This document shows positions 26,801-37,100 of a stretch of DNA of 64,000 nt, piece by piece. Origin of the DNA: Acidobacteriota bacterium. Lineage in GTDB: Bacteria > Acidobacteriota > UBA6911 > RPQK01 > JAJDTT01. How positions within the stretch are numbered: position 1 is the first letter of the stretch; each line of letters starts with the position of its first letter. Below the pieces are notes generated by a model. It did not search any database. It was not told where the DNA came from and saw only the letters and a list, made by a program, of their open reading frames with translations. Location of the stretch: contig OZ242374.1 in assembly GCA_965209055.1 (NCBI GenBank), positions 1,088,001 through 1,152,000 on the forward strand. The letters are read 5' to 3'. A program made the translations under genes and the position numbers.

Positions 26801-29730
26801 AGGGCCGGCCCGCGGGTTCGGTCTGGTACCGGTGGACGGCGCCGGCAGACGGTGCGGTCCGCTTCAACATCAACCCGCCGGGCGGGACCGGGGTTCAGCG
26901 CAACGATCGCGTTGACGTTTTCCGCGGCGACGCCATCTCGGGTCTGGAACTGGTCGCCTCGGATCAGTGGGGTGCGCTCTTCTTTGCCGACCAGGGAGAA
27001 ACCTATCGGGTCCGCGTGAGCCACATGCGGCGGGGAACCGTCGTCGACCTCCGTTGGTCTCAGGGGAACCGCCCGGCCAACGACGACTTCGACCGGGCCG
27101 CCATGCTGGAGGGTGCCGACGGCGCCGTTTCCGGCAACAGCCAGGGAGCCACCCTGGAGCCGGGCGAGTGGTTCGGCCTCGACGCGGGCACCACCTGGTA
27201 TCGCTGGACCGCACCCGGCGACGGCTGGTGGGGCTTCTCGAGCGGCCCGTCGAAGCGCGTGTTCGTATTCGAGGGGGACGGCATTGCGGCCCTTCGGCTG
27301 GTCTCCCATCTGCCCCGTTCGCAGGCTTCGTTCCCCGCGGCCGCCGGCAAGGAATACCGCATCGCGGTCGCCGCACCCGGCGCCGATGCGCCCAGTGGTC
27401 CCTACGAGTTGAGATGGGAAGGACTGGTGCGGGCAGCCGTCCTCGACAACGATCAATGGATCGGCGCGATCCCCCTGGAGAGTGTCCCCTCGTCCCAGTT
27501 CCTGATGGGCATCGACCCCCTGTCGACGGTGGACCCGGGCGAGCCCGTCGAGACCGGGGTGCGGACCCGGTGGTGGGTCTGGGAAGCCCCGGAGGACGGC
27601 CGCTACACCTGGAGGCTCCAGGATTTCCTCACCTATTCGACTTTGCGGGTGACCGTGTTCACCGGCTCATCCATGGAAGATTTGGAGCTGGTGGCGCAGA
27701 ACCGTCCCCACGCGGCTCCTTCCGATTTCGTGTTTCAGGCCGCGGCGGGGCAGCGGTATTGGATCGCGGCCGGATTTTCGGCGCGAAGCCTGGAAGCCTA
27801 CCTGCTGGGCGGCGCGTTCGTCCCGGTGATCTGGGGGGCCACTCCGGGCAACGACAACCTGGCCGGCTCGGCGCCGTTGGAGGGTGCGTCGGGATCCGTC
27901 GCCGAATCGAATCTCTTTGCCACCACCGACCGGGGAGAACGGAGTGCGCTCCTGGGCCACTCCTCCCTCTGGTGGACTTATGAAGCTCCCGCCGCGGGTT
28001 GGTATCGCTTCTGGCTGGACGATCCCTACAGTCCCAATGTGCTCGCGGTGTACCGGGACCGCGAGGACGGCTCCGGCTCCATCGAGTTCGTCAGGAGCAG
28101 CCACCAGCCCGAGGGAGTCGAGTCCGACGCCGTGGAGGTCGTCTTCCGTGGCGAGGCGGGAAGCCGCTACACGATCCGGTTGGGAGCCCGCGGCGCCTCC
28201 ATGGGCGGCGACTTCACCCTGAACTGGGAGGAGACCGATCCGCCGATCTGGCTCAGGTACGCCGGACGGCCGGCCGACGGCGGCCGGGACGACAACGGCG
28301 CCCCGGTGCGGCTCCGGGGCCCCGCCAGCCTGGCCCTCAACCACCGGGGCACGGCTCTGTATGCGGCGTCTAAGCTGGGGCTGCAAGTCTTCGAACGCGA
28401 CTCCGGGACCGGCAGTCTGACTTCCGTCCAGCTATTGGAAGCCGACGGGTTGGAAGGCAGTTCACTGGTCTGGGACCCGCATCGGGACCGGCTCTACGCC
28501 CATCGCTGCGGGACCTGGCGCAGTTTCGCGCCTCTCGATGAGACCCAAAGGGAATTCGAGGACGAGGGGACGATTCCGGTCACCGGGGATCCGCCCGACA
28601 CCGGCGAGTGCGGCGCCGGCGTGTTCGGCGACGTCTTCATGGACGCCGGAGGCTCGTTCCTGAACGCGATTCTTCCCGGCTCCGGCCAGTTGCAGGTCCT
28701 GGCGCTGGATACCCCGGGCGAACTGCCGCATGTCCAGACCGTGGAGGTCCGCGGACTCAGGCGTGCCTTGATCTCCAATGCCGGAAGCCACGTCTATGCG
28801 GGGACGGGCCACTCCTTGCACGTCTTCGAACGCGACGCCGAAACGGGGATGCTCACGGACGTCACCAGGGACAGGATTCCGCTCCCGCGCCTGGAAGCGC
28901 TGGCCATCACCGGCGACGACCGGCACCTGTTCGTCTTTCACGGCGGCGGCCAGAGCGCGACGGTCTTCGACCTGGAAGCGGATCCCACCGATCCGAGTCC
29001 GTTGGGAACGCTCGGATCGACTTTGGGCGGGCGTGGAATGGCCGGCGGCTTCGACCAGCTCCCAGGGTTTCTCCCCTTCCGGCCGGGCAGCCGGTGCGGG
29101 CTCGCCGGCGTCCGTCATGGGATCCCTGCGGTGGACGTGTTCTGTACGGATCTCGCTTACGATGTCGAGTGGCGGCCGGGAGCCGATGACGCCGGGATCG
29201 TCGACGAGGTGCTTGATGAGGCCCTACCCGGTGAAGTCGTCCTGACCGACTATGTGTCGGTCCGGCAACCGGACCGTTTCAACAATCCGGTGCCCGAATT
29301 CGGCGAGACCCGGAGCCTCGCGGCCAGTCCCGACGGCAGGCACGCCTACGTCGACACGGCGGATGAAGGCATCGTGATCTTCGAGCGGGTTGGAGCCGGA
29401 GCCGGCAAAACCGGTTTGGAAGGCGGCGCCTACACGCGGCTGGAGATGCTCTCGGTGTCGGCCGGCAGAGTGACGTTCGGCCCCATTTCCACGGCAGGCT
29501 GCATCGGGTTGGAGGACGCCGTCGTCGAGGGCGCCCACTACTCCGTGGCCGGTTCGGGATGGCAGACTCGAGCGTCCTCGGAGGCCGACTGGGCCGACGT
29601 CGAAAGCACCCGGACCACCGGTCAGCTCTGTGCCGGCACGCCGCCGGCGGGAGGAGAACACCGGCTGGTGGTTGAGATCCGGATCGACGGAGAATTGGGC
29701 AGGTATGCCAGCAACGCCATTGGGGAGTAG
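23860..29730 (+). CDS. Large S8 subtilisin-like protease with PPC-like repeats and a C-terminal beta-propeller; start may be 23890 or 23905
   Basis: Catalytic VMDTG, HGTHV, GTSMSSP; four repeats ND(D/N/Q)....AT.EPGE....W(Y/W).W.AP..G; SLAASPDGRHAYV. Confidence 0.88.
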   Translation: MKSPAGNSRRMSRWTMRKADKRTIGVLAAVAVAAILAGLVPYTRKPVERQEASLTGKAMATRAVMARIEAESRGIVREPGIQAAPRMAEAPAAAERPAEDTVPSPPEGYSFVSYHGNMPRARITAGAETGDERSGPVPDWLNTAASIETIVDQATAAGRDWSFGWVRAARDAQPNGVAASLGEFGATALGSSGNLVRAELPADPALLHEIAALPEVDGLGAVPPERKLPEAFARELAELSPFDQAPVFITLMADDPDGRWRRELEGLGAVVGRFDPDLRAYAANVSYGQVEAIAAADYVLAVEPVGIVRPAHDTSVPAMGADALRTYDGIPGIFSGMGGASVPIAVMDTGLNINHLDIASNRESICGANFSWLSFISPPAEEAADLWVDAGLHGTHVTGTMIGNGTVQPRFAGMAPSVRHIRFARVLGSLGFGTADSIIRGMDFLSEATECAGPGEAPEPLKPLIVNMSLGGSSRRFGGRGFSERKLDSVVWGHRQLYVVAQSNESIDGFSNFGAAKSSLAVGAALDSGDIAFFSSHGPTADGRLAPQVVATGVRVHSALGGGSRGEYRAISGTSMSSPTVAGVAALLMDAAPEHREHPALARARLMAGAIRPDAWLDAPDAFPTTNTGGPGPMQAQYGLGKVSARTSALSRDGSGGWIGGGAISELQEGEYAHHDIEVPEGTSRLDLVMTWDEPPADAIASTVLNDLDLWLDRDGDCEEAACGEQSSASRVDNVEWIVLRNPQPGTYRAKVVARRVYTAPPRAALAWTVIRGKSTPKLVVATDRTLLAGNEEQELTVTVTADEYVAAGTRLHLDCRDIGESSGCGQIRIHSMAVSREDGIWVDLSDELESAVQRPQPGELALPRPPVSAILPGSPIPLGSSIPLGEVAAGESQEVRFTVSSAGNGEPARLYFRASAWNARGASAPVDVAPGGAAGSRKVRRPANDDFAAAAVIEKGRGLRTVDLLLATPEPGEPLFGALEGRPAGSVWYRWTAPADGAVRFNINPPGGTGVQRNDRVDVFRGDAISGLELVASDQWGALFFADQGETYRVRVSHMRRGTVVDLRWSQGNRPANDDFDRAAMLEGADGAVSGNSQGATLEPGEWFGLDAGTTWYRWTAPGDGWWGFSSGPSKRVFVFEGDGIAALRLVSHLPRSQASFPAAAGKEYRIAVAAPGADAPSGPYELRWEGLVRAAVLDNDQWIGAIPLESVPSSQFLMGIDPLSTVDPGEPVETGVRTRWWVWEAPEDGRYTWRLQDFLTYSTLRVTVFTGSSMEDLELVAQNRPHAAPSDFVFQAAAGQRYWIAAGFSARSLEAYLLGGAFVPVIWGATPGNDNLAGSAPLEGASGSVAESNLFATTDRGERSALLGHSSLWWTYEAPAAGWYRFWLDDPYSPNVLAVYRDREDGSGSIEFVRSSHQPEGVESDAVEVVFRGEAGSRYTIRLGARGASMGGDFTLNWEETDPPIWLRYAGRPADGGRDDNGAPVRLRGPASLALNHRGTALYAASKLGLQVFERDSGTGSLTSVQLLEADGLEGSSLVWDPHRDRLYAHRCGTWRSFAPLDETQREFEDEGTIPVTGDPPDTGECGAGVFGDVFMDAGGSFLNAILPGSGQLQVLALDTPGELPHVQTVEVRGLRRALISNAGSHVYAGTGHSLHVFERDAETGMLTDVTRDRIPLPRLEALAITGDDRHLFVFHGGGQSATVFDLEADPTDPSPLGTLGSTLGGRGMAGGFDQLPGFLPFRPGSRCGLAGVRHGIPAVDVFCTDLAYDVEWRPGADDAGIVDEVLDEALPGEVVLTDYVSVRQPDRFNNPVPEFGETRSLAASPDGRHAYVDTADEGIVIFERVGAGAGKTGLEGGAYTRLEMLSVSAGRVTFGPISTAGCIGLEDAVVEGAHYSVAGSGWQTRASSEADWADVESTRTTGQLCAGTPPAGGEHRLVVEIRIDGELGRYASNAIGE

Positions 29731-29885
29731 GAAGGGAGGCCGCCGCTCCCCACCATCTTGACATTCCGAGAGGGCCCAAATTAGAATCCGGTTCCGGAGT
29801 CTTGGTTGGCGCCGGATGGCTGATGAGGCGCCCCGGGACGTAAATCCGCGGTCGGACACATCTTCATCGCTCAAAGCAGACGACA

Positions 29886-30764
29886 TTGTTCAAAGCCGGC
29901 GACACTTACACGCTGATCATCGCGCGTTCCGGGAGGGAAGGCGCCAGGAAGTATTCCGCCTCCGTGGCCCTGACCACCGTGATCGGTCTGCTCGGCGGCG
30001 TCCTGATTCTCTCCTTCATGTTCTCCATGCTCCACTACTGGTGGATGGCGGAACGGACCGTCCACGTGTTCGAGCTCGAGTCGGAGGTCGCCCGCATGCG
30101 GCAGGAAAATGCGGGTCTGAGAGCCGTCTCCGGCAAGTTGACCGACAAGATCTCCTCGCTGGAGGTGACCGCCACCCGGCTCAAGTTTCTCTCCGAGACC
30201 GATGACGACGGCCTGGGCGGCGCCGGTGGTCCCACGAAAGTGGCCCGCCCACTCCTGACCCTGGATCATGGAGACCTCTTGAAGCGTTTCCGGACCCTGG
30301 ACGGGCGGCGGATGACTCTGGAGAGCGAGTTGCGCCGGCTTCAGGACTACTACACGACTCGCAGCATCCTTCAGTCCGCCCTGCCCACCCTGATGCCGGT
30401 GCGGGGGTATCCGTCGGGCGCATACGGCTACCGGAACGACCCCTTCACCGGAAAAAGGGAATTCCATCCCGGAGTCGACATTTCGGCTCCCCGCGGCGCC
30501 AAGGTCGTGGCCACCAGCGACGGCGAGGTGACCCAAGCCGGCTGGCACCACGGGTACGGCCGGTTGGTCACGCTCCGCCACCGTTTCGGCATCGTGACTC
30601 GCTATGGCCATCTGGCCGAGACCAATGTCAAGGTCGGGCAGAAGGTCCAGCGGGGCGACATCGTCGGATACGTCGGTTCCACGGGCCGCACCACCGGCGT
30701 GCATCTCCACTACGAAATCCAGTTGGGCGGCCGCCCGCTGAATCCTGTCCGGTTTTTTCGGTAG
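29886..30764 (+). CDS. M23 family peptidase
   Basis: TM helix and coiled coil; HPGVD (HxxxD); TRYGHL; GRTTGVHLHYE. Confidence 0.9.
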   Translation: MFKAGDTYTLIIARSGREGARKYSASVALTTVIGLLGGVLILSFMFSMLHYWWMAERTVHVFELESEVARMRQENAGLRAVSGKLTDKISSLEVTATRLKFLSETDDDGLGGAGGPTKVARPLLTLDHGDLLKRFRTLDGRRMTLESELRRLQDYYTTRSILQSALPTLMPVRGYPSGAYGYRNDPFTGKREFHPGVDISAPRGAKVVATSDGEVTQAGWHHGYGRLVTLRHRFGIVTRYGHLAETNVKVGQKVQRGDIVGYVGSTGRTTGVHLHYEIQLGGRPLNPVRFFR

Positions 30765-31110
30765 TAGAAGGAGGGGCGATTTCCAATCCCAACCGTCCCT
30801 CAGTCAATAACTACTAAACATTAACGTTTTCAATGGCTTACCGGGTTCTTCGCCGAATCGGTAAAGTGGTTGACTCCCTATGTTTGACGTGCTGAACAGG
30901 CAACAAACAGGCAGCCGCATCGGTTCCTGAACGCCGACAATCTCTTCTCTTTTCCCTTGTTCCCCAGGTTCCATCACATTATGCGTGCGCTGTGTCGATC
31001 TTTGGACAGCGATGCTCGGAAACGCTTGAACCCTGACAAATTCGTTTCCCATTAACAACGGCTTCCCGTCTTCACTCACCTTCATCACAAGGTGATCCTT
31101 GAAAAAATAT

Positions 31111-31671
31111 CTAATTGCCGGACTTCGATTCCAGTCGGCCAGCACCACCCTGGCTCCATTCTCCTCTTTGCGACGGAGGGATCTCGTAAATGCCACCCAT
31201 CTTTGAGCCCATGAAAAACGGGATGGAGACACCGACGGGAAGGGCAATCCCGAATAAAACCTGGGCACTCGGAGCAAAGTCGTCATTCAGGAAACCTGAG
31301 CAAAGCGCCAATCCCAGGCCCAGGGCAACCCATCCAGCCCATCGCTTGCCGAAGTCACGCTCGACCAGCACCTTGCGGATGTCCGGTCGCTGGAACGTCT
31401 GCGACGTCCCATCCGTGGACACGATCGTCATGGACCGGGAGGACGCCCCGTAGAACTGCCCCGTGTACTTGGCAGGGCCGGCACCAAGAGTGTTGTCCTC
31501 ATACAGTTCCACCCGCGTGTTCGCGTTGTCACGGATGTTCTCCAACTTCTCCCAATCCGGCATGTGCCGCGCGACACACCCCGGCAAGACCACTAGGAGC
31601 AGCAAGGGAACCAATCCCGCTGCCATCGTTTTCCGGAACCGCCTGTTGCGCATGCCTTTAAGGATTCTCAT
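31111..31671 (-). CDS. Hypothetical lipoprotein with C-terminal TM hairpin
   Basis: Basic N-terminus, hydrophobic stretch, lipobox VLPGC; two hydrophobic segments near the C-terminus. Confidence 0.65.
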   Translation of the reverse strand: MRILKGMRNRRFRKTMAAGLVPLLLLVVLPGCVARHMPDWEKLENIRDNANTRVELYEDNTLGAGPAKYTGQFYGASSRSMTIVSTDGTSQTFQRPDIRKVLVERDFGKRWAGWVALGLGLALCSGFLNDDFAPSAQVLFGIALPVGVSIPFFMGSKMGGIYEIPPSQRGEWSQGGAGRLESKSGN

Positions 31672-32622
31672 GATGCCACCTCCCAGTCGTGATCAGACTC
31701 GCATCATGAAATGTGTATTTTTCTCCGCAATCGGCTCACTGGGTACGTTCAGATGGCGTGAATTTAGGGAAGGGCTGAACCAGCCTACGGTCCTCTAGCG
31801 GAGAGTCTGACCTCTTCCCTCGCCTTGGCGGGAGATGACTCCGGCTGAGTTTCCCGGGAAGAATGAAGAATGTTGCCATCTGGCCGTCGGCTGCCCGCGA
31901 GAAGCGATTTCCCTAGCCCCTGATGAGCGTCAAGATCACGGTTTCGTGGTACGCATAGGCGTGGAACATCACGCCCGCCAGTGAGCCACCGGCAACAATC
32001 AGGCCGAAGGCGATCAGGGTCATTTCTCATGATTGCCGTTGTGACCTTAATCTCCGGGGACGGTTCCCGGCTTCCCAGGATGGCGTCCGTCCTTCACTAG
32101 AGTCGGATTTGTCCGTTCCTTTGCTCAGCCCGTTCTCTATGGCAGACCGATCCACAGACCTGTTCAGGCAGAAGCGCCGACGGATGGCCGGCGGGGCGGG
32201 TTCCTTGCCTAGCGAAGGTCAAGACCTGGAGACGGATCCCATCCATTGATCCGACGCGCTCGTTGAGGGGAATCTCGGGAGTCTGGACACCCAAACCGAT
32301 CCCGGCGTCCATGAGCTTCGAGCGGACTTGCGCCGGATGGCGAGACTATCGGGTCGGGCCAGTTGAGCAGTATTGAGAACGTTGCAGACGGTCGCTGAGA
32401 CTGTTACGCACTTGGCAGTCGCAAAGGCTGATGGAGGGCCGTTTCGGCTGTGCGAAAAGAGGGTCTCACGCCCGATCCGGGATGTGAATGGGACAAAGGG
32501 GGTGGATTCACAAAAAGCGATCCCGGTGACTCACAAATGCACTCTCCCCGATCTTGTTTCCTTTCAGTCAGTTGCGGCCCTATTTCCGGCCACCGGGTGG
32601 CCGCACGGGGAAAATGGAGGTG

Positions 32623-32719
32623 GACGGGAGCGACCCCCCCTTTTTGCCGCCCGGTGCGGGCGCGGGGGTGTTGCGCGATTCACATCTGCGCAACACCCCC
32701 TGGGGGGGTCGCTCCCGTC
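32623..32719. repeat. Nested inverted-repeat element
   Basis: Perfect 18-bp outer IR (32623-32640 / 32702-32719) enclosing a perfect 13-bp IR (32664-32676 / 32688-32700). Confidence 0.8.
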
Positions 32720-33099
32720 GAATTGATCCCTGCGGGAAGGCCCCTGCGAAGATTTCTGAAGACTTGTTGCGGTCATCCAAGGAGTTCATTCCCCCAACGC
32801 GGCACTTATCCCGGAAACTCTACCTACGAAAGCACCACCGCTTCGGAGTTGGGGGGTCCCTACAAGCTCGAAGAGGGCTCCTAGAATTCGTCCTGCCTGG
32901 GCAAAACCGAAAAGCTCCCCGAGAACCTGGTCTATTGCTCTATCGAGTGGCGGGAGGAGGATTTCCCCGAGAGGCGGAAATAATTCTGGCGAAGGCCATC
33001 TTGATCTGTTACGGAAGTTTTTCGGCGGCGGAAGTGGCACCGCCGTGTGAGCCGCAGAAGGTTACTGAAAATCCTATGGGCCGGCTATGTTGTGGCGTC

Positions 33100-33636
33100 T
33101 CAGTGGTTCTCTCGGCTGTCAGGTTCGTCAGCGCTGCTTGGACCACGAGGGGGGTCGATTCGATCCAGCCGTTTCAGTAACCTGTCGCCCATTTCCCTTA
33201 AGTCGCTACAACGATCACCGTCCGGGTAATTTCTCTCGACCCAACTGACAATCGCGTCCAAGCTATACATCATGTACAAGACATCCACATTTCCGAAAGG
33301 CGAATCGGAATAGTCTTCTGGCGGTTGTGTCAACGGAGGTTGGTCAATCCATTCTGCCCCTCCCTTGGAGTTAAAACCTTGGTCAGGCCAATTTGTTTGC
33401 CATGTGTGAATCAGGGCGTTCTCTAGCAGCCTAATAACTTCTTCGTCTCCCTCAGCTACCACCTTCCAAGAAAATCCATCGGCACCGTATGCTCGGATGG
33501 CTTGGTGGAAAAAGGTATTGTCCACCTCCTTCTTGGCATGGCTTTCGTGCGTACTCCTACGGAGACTCAGCGAGCCCTTGGTGATGCCGACATATCGCCT
33601 CCCACTCTCATTGTGCGTCGCCACGTAGCAGATCAT
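33100..33636 (-). CDS. GIY-YIG nuclease family protein
   Basis: ICYVATHNESGRRYVGIT...LRR..H; FHQAIRAYG...F; conserved E and GFN. Confidence 0.8.
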   Translation of the reverse strand: MICYVATHNESGRRYVGITKGSLSLRRSTHESHAKKEVDNTFFHQAIRAYGADGFSWKVVAEGDEEVIRLLENALIHTWQTNWPDQGFNSKGGAEWIDQPPLTQPPEDYSDSPFGNVDVLYMMYSLDAIVSWVERNYPDGDRCSDLREMGDRLLKRLDRIDPPRGPSSADEPDSRENH

Positions 33637-34116
33637 TGAATCCTTATCCTGTCCAGTCTATCCCTTGCCGGATTCGCGGACCTGGATCGAGCCGCGCCGC
33701 TGGAAGAGGCCTTTAGGGGGGAACTGTTCTACTGGCTACTCAGCGGGGGCAGTGCTCCTCGTTCACCCGCAGGTACTCCACCAGGAACTCGTCGCTCTTC
33801 CTCTCCTGTGTCCGGTCTGGACCCCCAGCCCCCGTTAATCCCCTATATCTGCGACTGGGCGAGGGGAGGGGACGCCACGACACCGCTCCGCTGGGTGGCG
33901 TTCGGAAACGCTCGGAGTTGGACCAGGTCAACAAGGAGTGACACCCGGTCGCGGAGATCCCCGCTCCGTCGCGCTCCGCTGGCGGAGGCTGGACGGACAG
34001 CCACACGCCCATGCCTGACCTTAGTGACGGCCTTTCGAGCCAAGCTGTGCTAAATTTGCCGCGGAAGGGGCGGCACGGATGCTTGACTAAAGGGGACGCT
34101 CAGTGCACACGATCTT

Positions 34117-34161
34117 GCCAGGAGCCAGGAGCCAGGAGCCAGGAGCCAGGAGCCAGGAGCC
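34117..34161 (+). repeat. Heptanucleotide tandem repeat (GCCAGGA)6
   Basis: Six perfect copies plus GCC, just upstream of the LRR gene. Confidence 0.9.
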
Positions 34162-34176
34162 CCGTCGCCTGCCCGT

Positions 34177-37100
34177 TTGATGGCCCGCACCCAGTTGGCG
34201 CCCTTGCTGCCTTTTCCGAAGCATTGCGCTGGCGCTGCCGCCCGGATGGGTGGGGCGATGCTCTCCCGCGCCCGCGGCGGTGTTGGCCTCCGCTGGCGCG
34301 GCTTGGCGATGGCTTTGTCGAGCCCGGTCTTCCTGTTGGGACTGGCAACCGAAGCTGGTGCACAGACCTCTTGCGCGGTGACCGACGTCGCGATCACCGG
34401 CGTGACACCTGCTCCCTCCGACCCCGCGGCGCTGTCCGACGACTGCACCACCCTGCTCGGGCTCATGGACACCTTGCGGGGCACGGCGAGCCTGAACTGG
34501 TCCAATACCCTGAGCATGACCTCGTGGGACGGGATCACCGTAACCGGGAGTCGGGTCACCGCTCTCCTCCTCCATAGCAAGCAACTCACCGGAACGATCC
34601 CGGCGGCCCTGAATAGCCTCACCGGCCTCGAATCCCTCTGGCTCCACACCAACCAACTCAGCGGGAGCATCCCGGACCTGAGCGTCCTGACCGGCCTCCG
34701 AACACTCCTCCTCTCCGACAACGAATTGAGCGGGGGGATTCCCGATCTGAGCGCCCTGACCAATGTGGTCAGTCTCCAGCTCGACAGCAACGAGTTGAGC
34801 GGGAATATTCCGGCAACCCTGAATAGTCTCACCAGCCTGACCACCCTCTCCCTCAACAACAACGAATTGAGCGGGGGGGTTCCCAATCTGAGCGCCCTGA
34901 CCAGCCTGACCACCCTCTCCCTCAACAACAACGAATTGAGCGGGGGGATTCCCAATCTGAGCGCCCTGACCAGCCTGACCACCCTCTCCCTCAACAACAA
35001 CGAATTGAGCGGGAGCATTGACGGCAGCGTTTTCCCGGCCAGCCTCCAAAGACTCATCCTCCACACCAACCAACTCAGCGGGAGCATCCCGGACCTGAGC
35101 GCCCTGACCAGCCTCACTATTCTCTACCTCCACCGCAACCAGCTCAGCGGGAGCATTGACGCCAGCGTTTTCCCGGCCAGCCTCCAAAGACTCGTCCTCA
35201 GTATCAACCAGTTCAGCGGGAGCCTTCCGGATTTTAGCGCCCTGACCAGCCTCGCCTGGCTCCTCGTCTCCGACAACCGATTGAGCGGGAGCATTGACGC
35301 CAGCCATTTCCCGCCCAACCTGATCCTCCTCTACCTCCATAGAAATCAACTCAGCGGGAGCATCCCGGACCTGAGCGCCCTGACCAGCCTCCGACGCCTC
35401 CTCCTCCACCAGAACCAGCTCAGCGGCCCGCTGCCCACATGGTGGAGCAGCCTGCCCGATCTCCAATGGTTGCATCTGGCTGACAACCCCCTTACCGGGG
35501 GGATTCCCAGCCAACTCGGCAGTCTGGCCAACCTGGCCGATCTCTCCCTGTGCGGCACGAATCTGGACGCCACCGCAACGCTGCCGGCGGCCCTCGAGAC
35601 CCGCCGCACGGACGACGACCTGACCGTATGGTCGTGTCTGCGCATCGAGGACGCCAGCGCCCCCGAAGGCAGCGCGCTCAGCTTCATGGTGGAGCACTCG
35701 ACCTATCCGGTGCGGGGGGTGGCCGGGGCCACGGGCGGCCTGACGCTGAGCTACGAGACGGAAGACGGCACGGCCAGCAGCGCCGATTACACCGGCACGG
35801 CGGCGGGCAGCGTGACGATCCCGGCCAACACCGACACCGATGATTCGACGAGCAGCACGGCCATCAGCGTGCCCACGACAGCCGACACTCTTGCCGACGA
35901 TGGTGAGACCCTGACCGTGACCCTGCTGCCGGCCGACCCAGAGGCGGGCTGGGCTCCGGTCTTCCCGCTGCGGCGGACCGCCACCGGGACCATCCTGGCC
36001 GACGATGGTTCTCTGCCGGGGGGGAGACTGGACCTCTCCGGCGGGGGACCGATAGGAAGCACAAGTGCCGTTGACGATCACCCCGGGTCCCAGTTGCTGT
36101 TTCTCGCCGATACGGGAATCGACGCCCGTGCTTATGCTCACTCCGACCCGTTGGCCCCAACGGCCTCCAGGAGCGTCTCAGGATGGCTGGGAGCGACCGA
36201 AGCCGCCCAGCGCAACTTCATCTCCGTCACCAACACTGCGGACGGGCAAGCCGTCACGCTGCTCGTCCAGTACCACAACGACCAGATGGAACCGGTGCTC
36301 TGGTATCTGCGCGTCCTGCGGGCCGGGGCCAACGTCCTGGTCGATCCCTTTCACCACGAGATCCCGGGAACGGACCAGGAAGACGGATCAGGACCGGTGA
36401 ACGTGAGGGAGATCCTCTTCGACGAGATCCCGGCCGTGAGTTTCAAAGACGAGACTGGAAAAGATCGACCCGGGTTCAACTCGGGTCGGTTCCTCATCGC
36501 CGTCACCGCCGTGGGGGCTCGCTCCGAAGAGGACGACCGCGCTCCGGGAGACCCCCCGGAAACGGCCAACGTCCTCTTCCCCGACTTTCTGGCCGAGGGT
36601 CTGCACGGCGCGGACAATATCGACGCCATCGGAGATCTCGGATTCCAGACCGTCGCTCAGTTCGCCACCGACCGACAACCTCAGGAATACGAGAAAGAAC
36701 GTACCGGCCGCAACGTCGGGCCCTTGACGGTTCACAACGTCGAGCCTGTCGCCTTCAACGACCTCGTCGGCCATCACACCGCCGCCGAGGTTTCCGCCCT
36801 CAACGGAGGGATCGCCTGGGGCGTCAACGCCTTGGTGCGCCCCGCCGTCACGGTGGCCAGCGGTGACGGTTCCGACCACCGGATCGGAGTCGCCTACGCG
36901 ATGCTGAACGGCACGAACGAGGCCCGTTTGTCCCCCAGGACGCACGGAGGAGTCGAGGCGGTCAACGCGGCCACCGATGAGGACAACCGGGCGGATGACA
37001 GCGGCGACGGGTCGCCTGTAGCCCTTGATCCGACCCCCACGGAGAACAACCGGGTCGTCAACGGCGGGGCGCTCGTCTGGTCCTCCCTGTACGGCAACGA

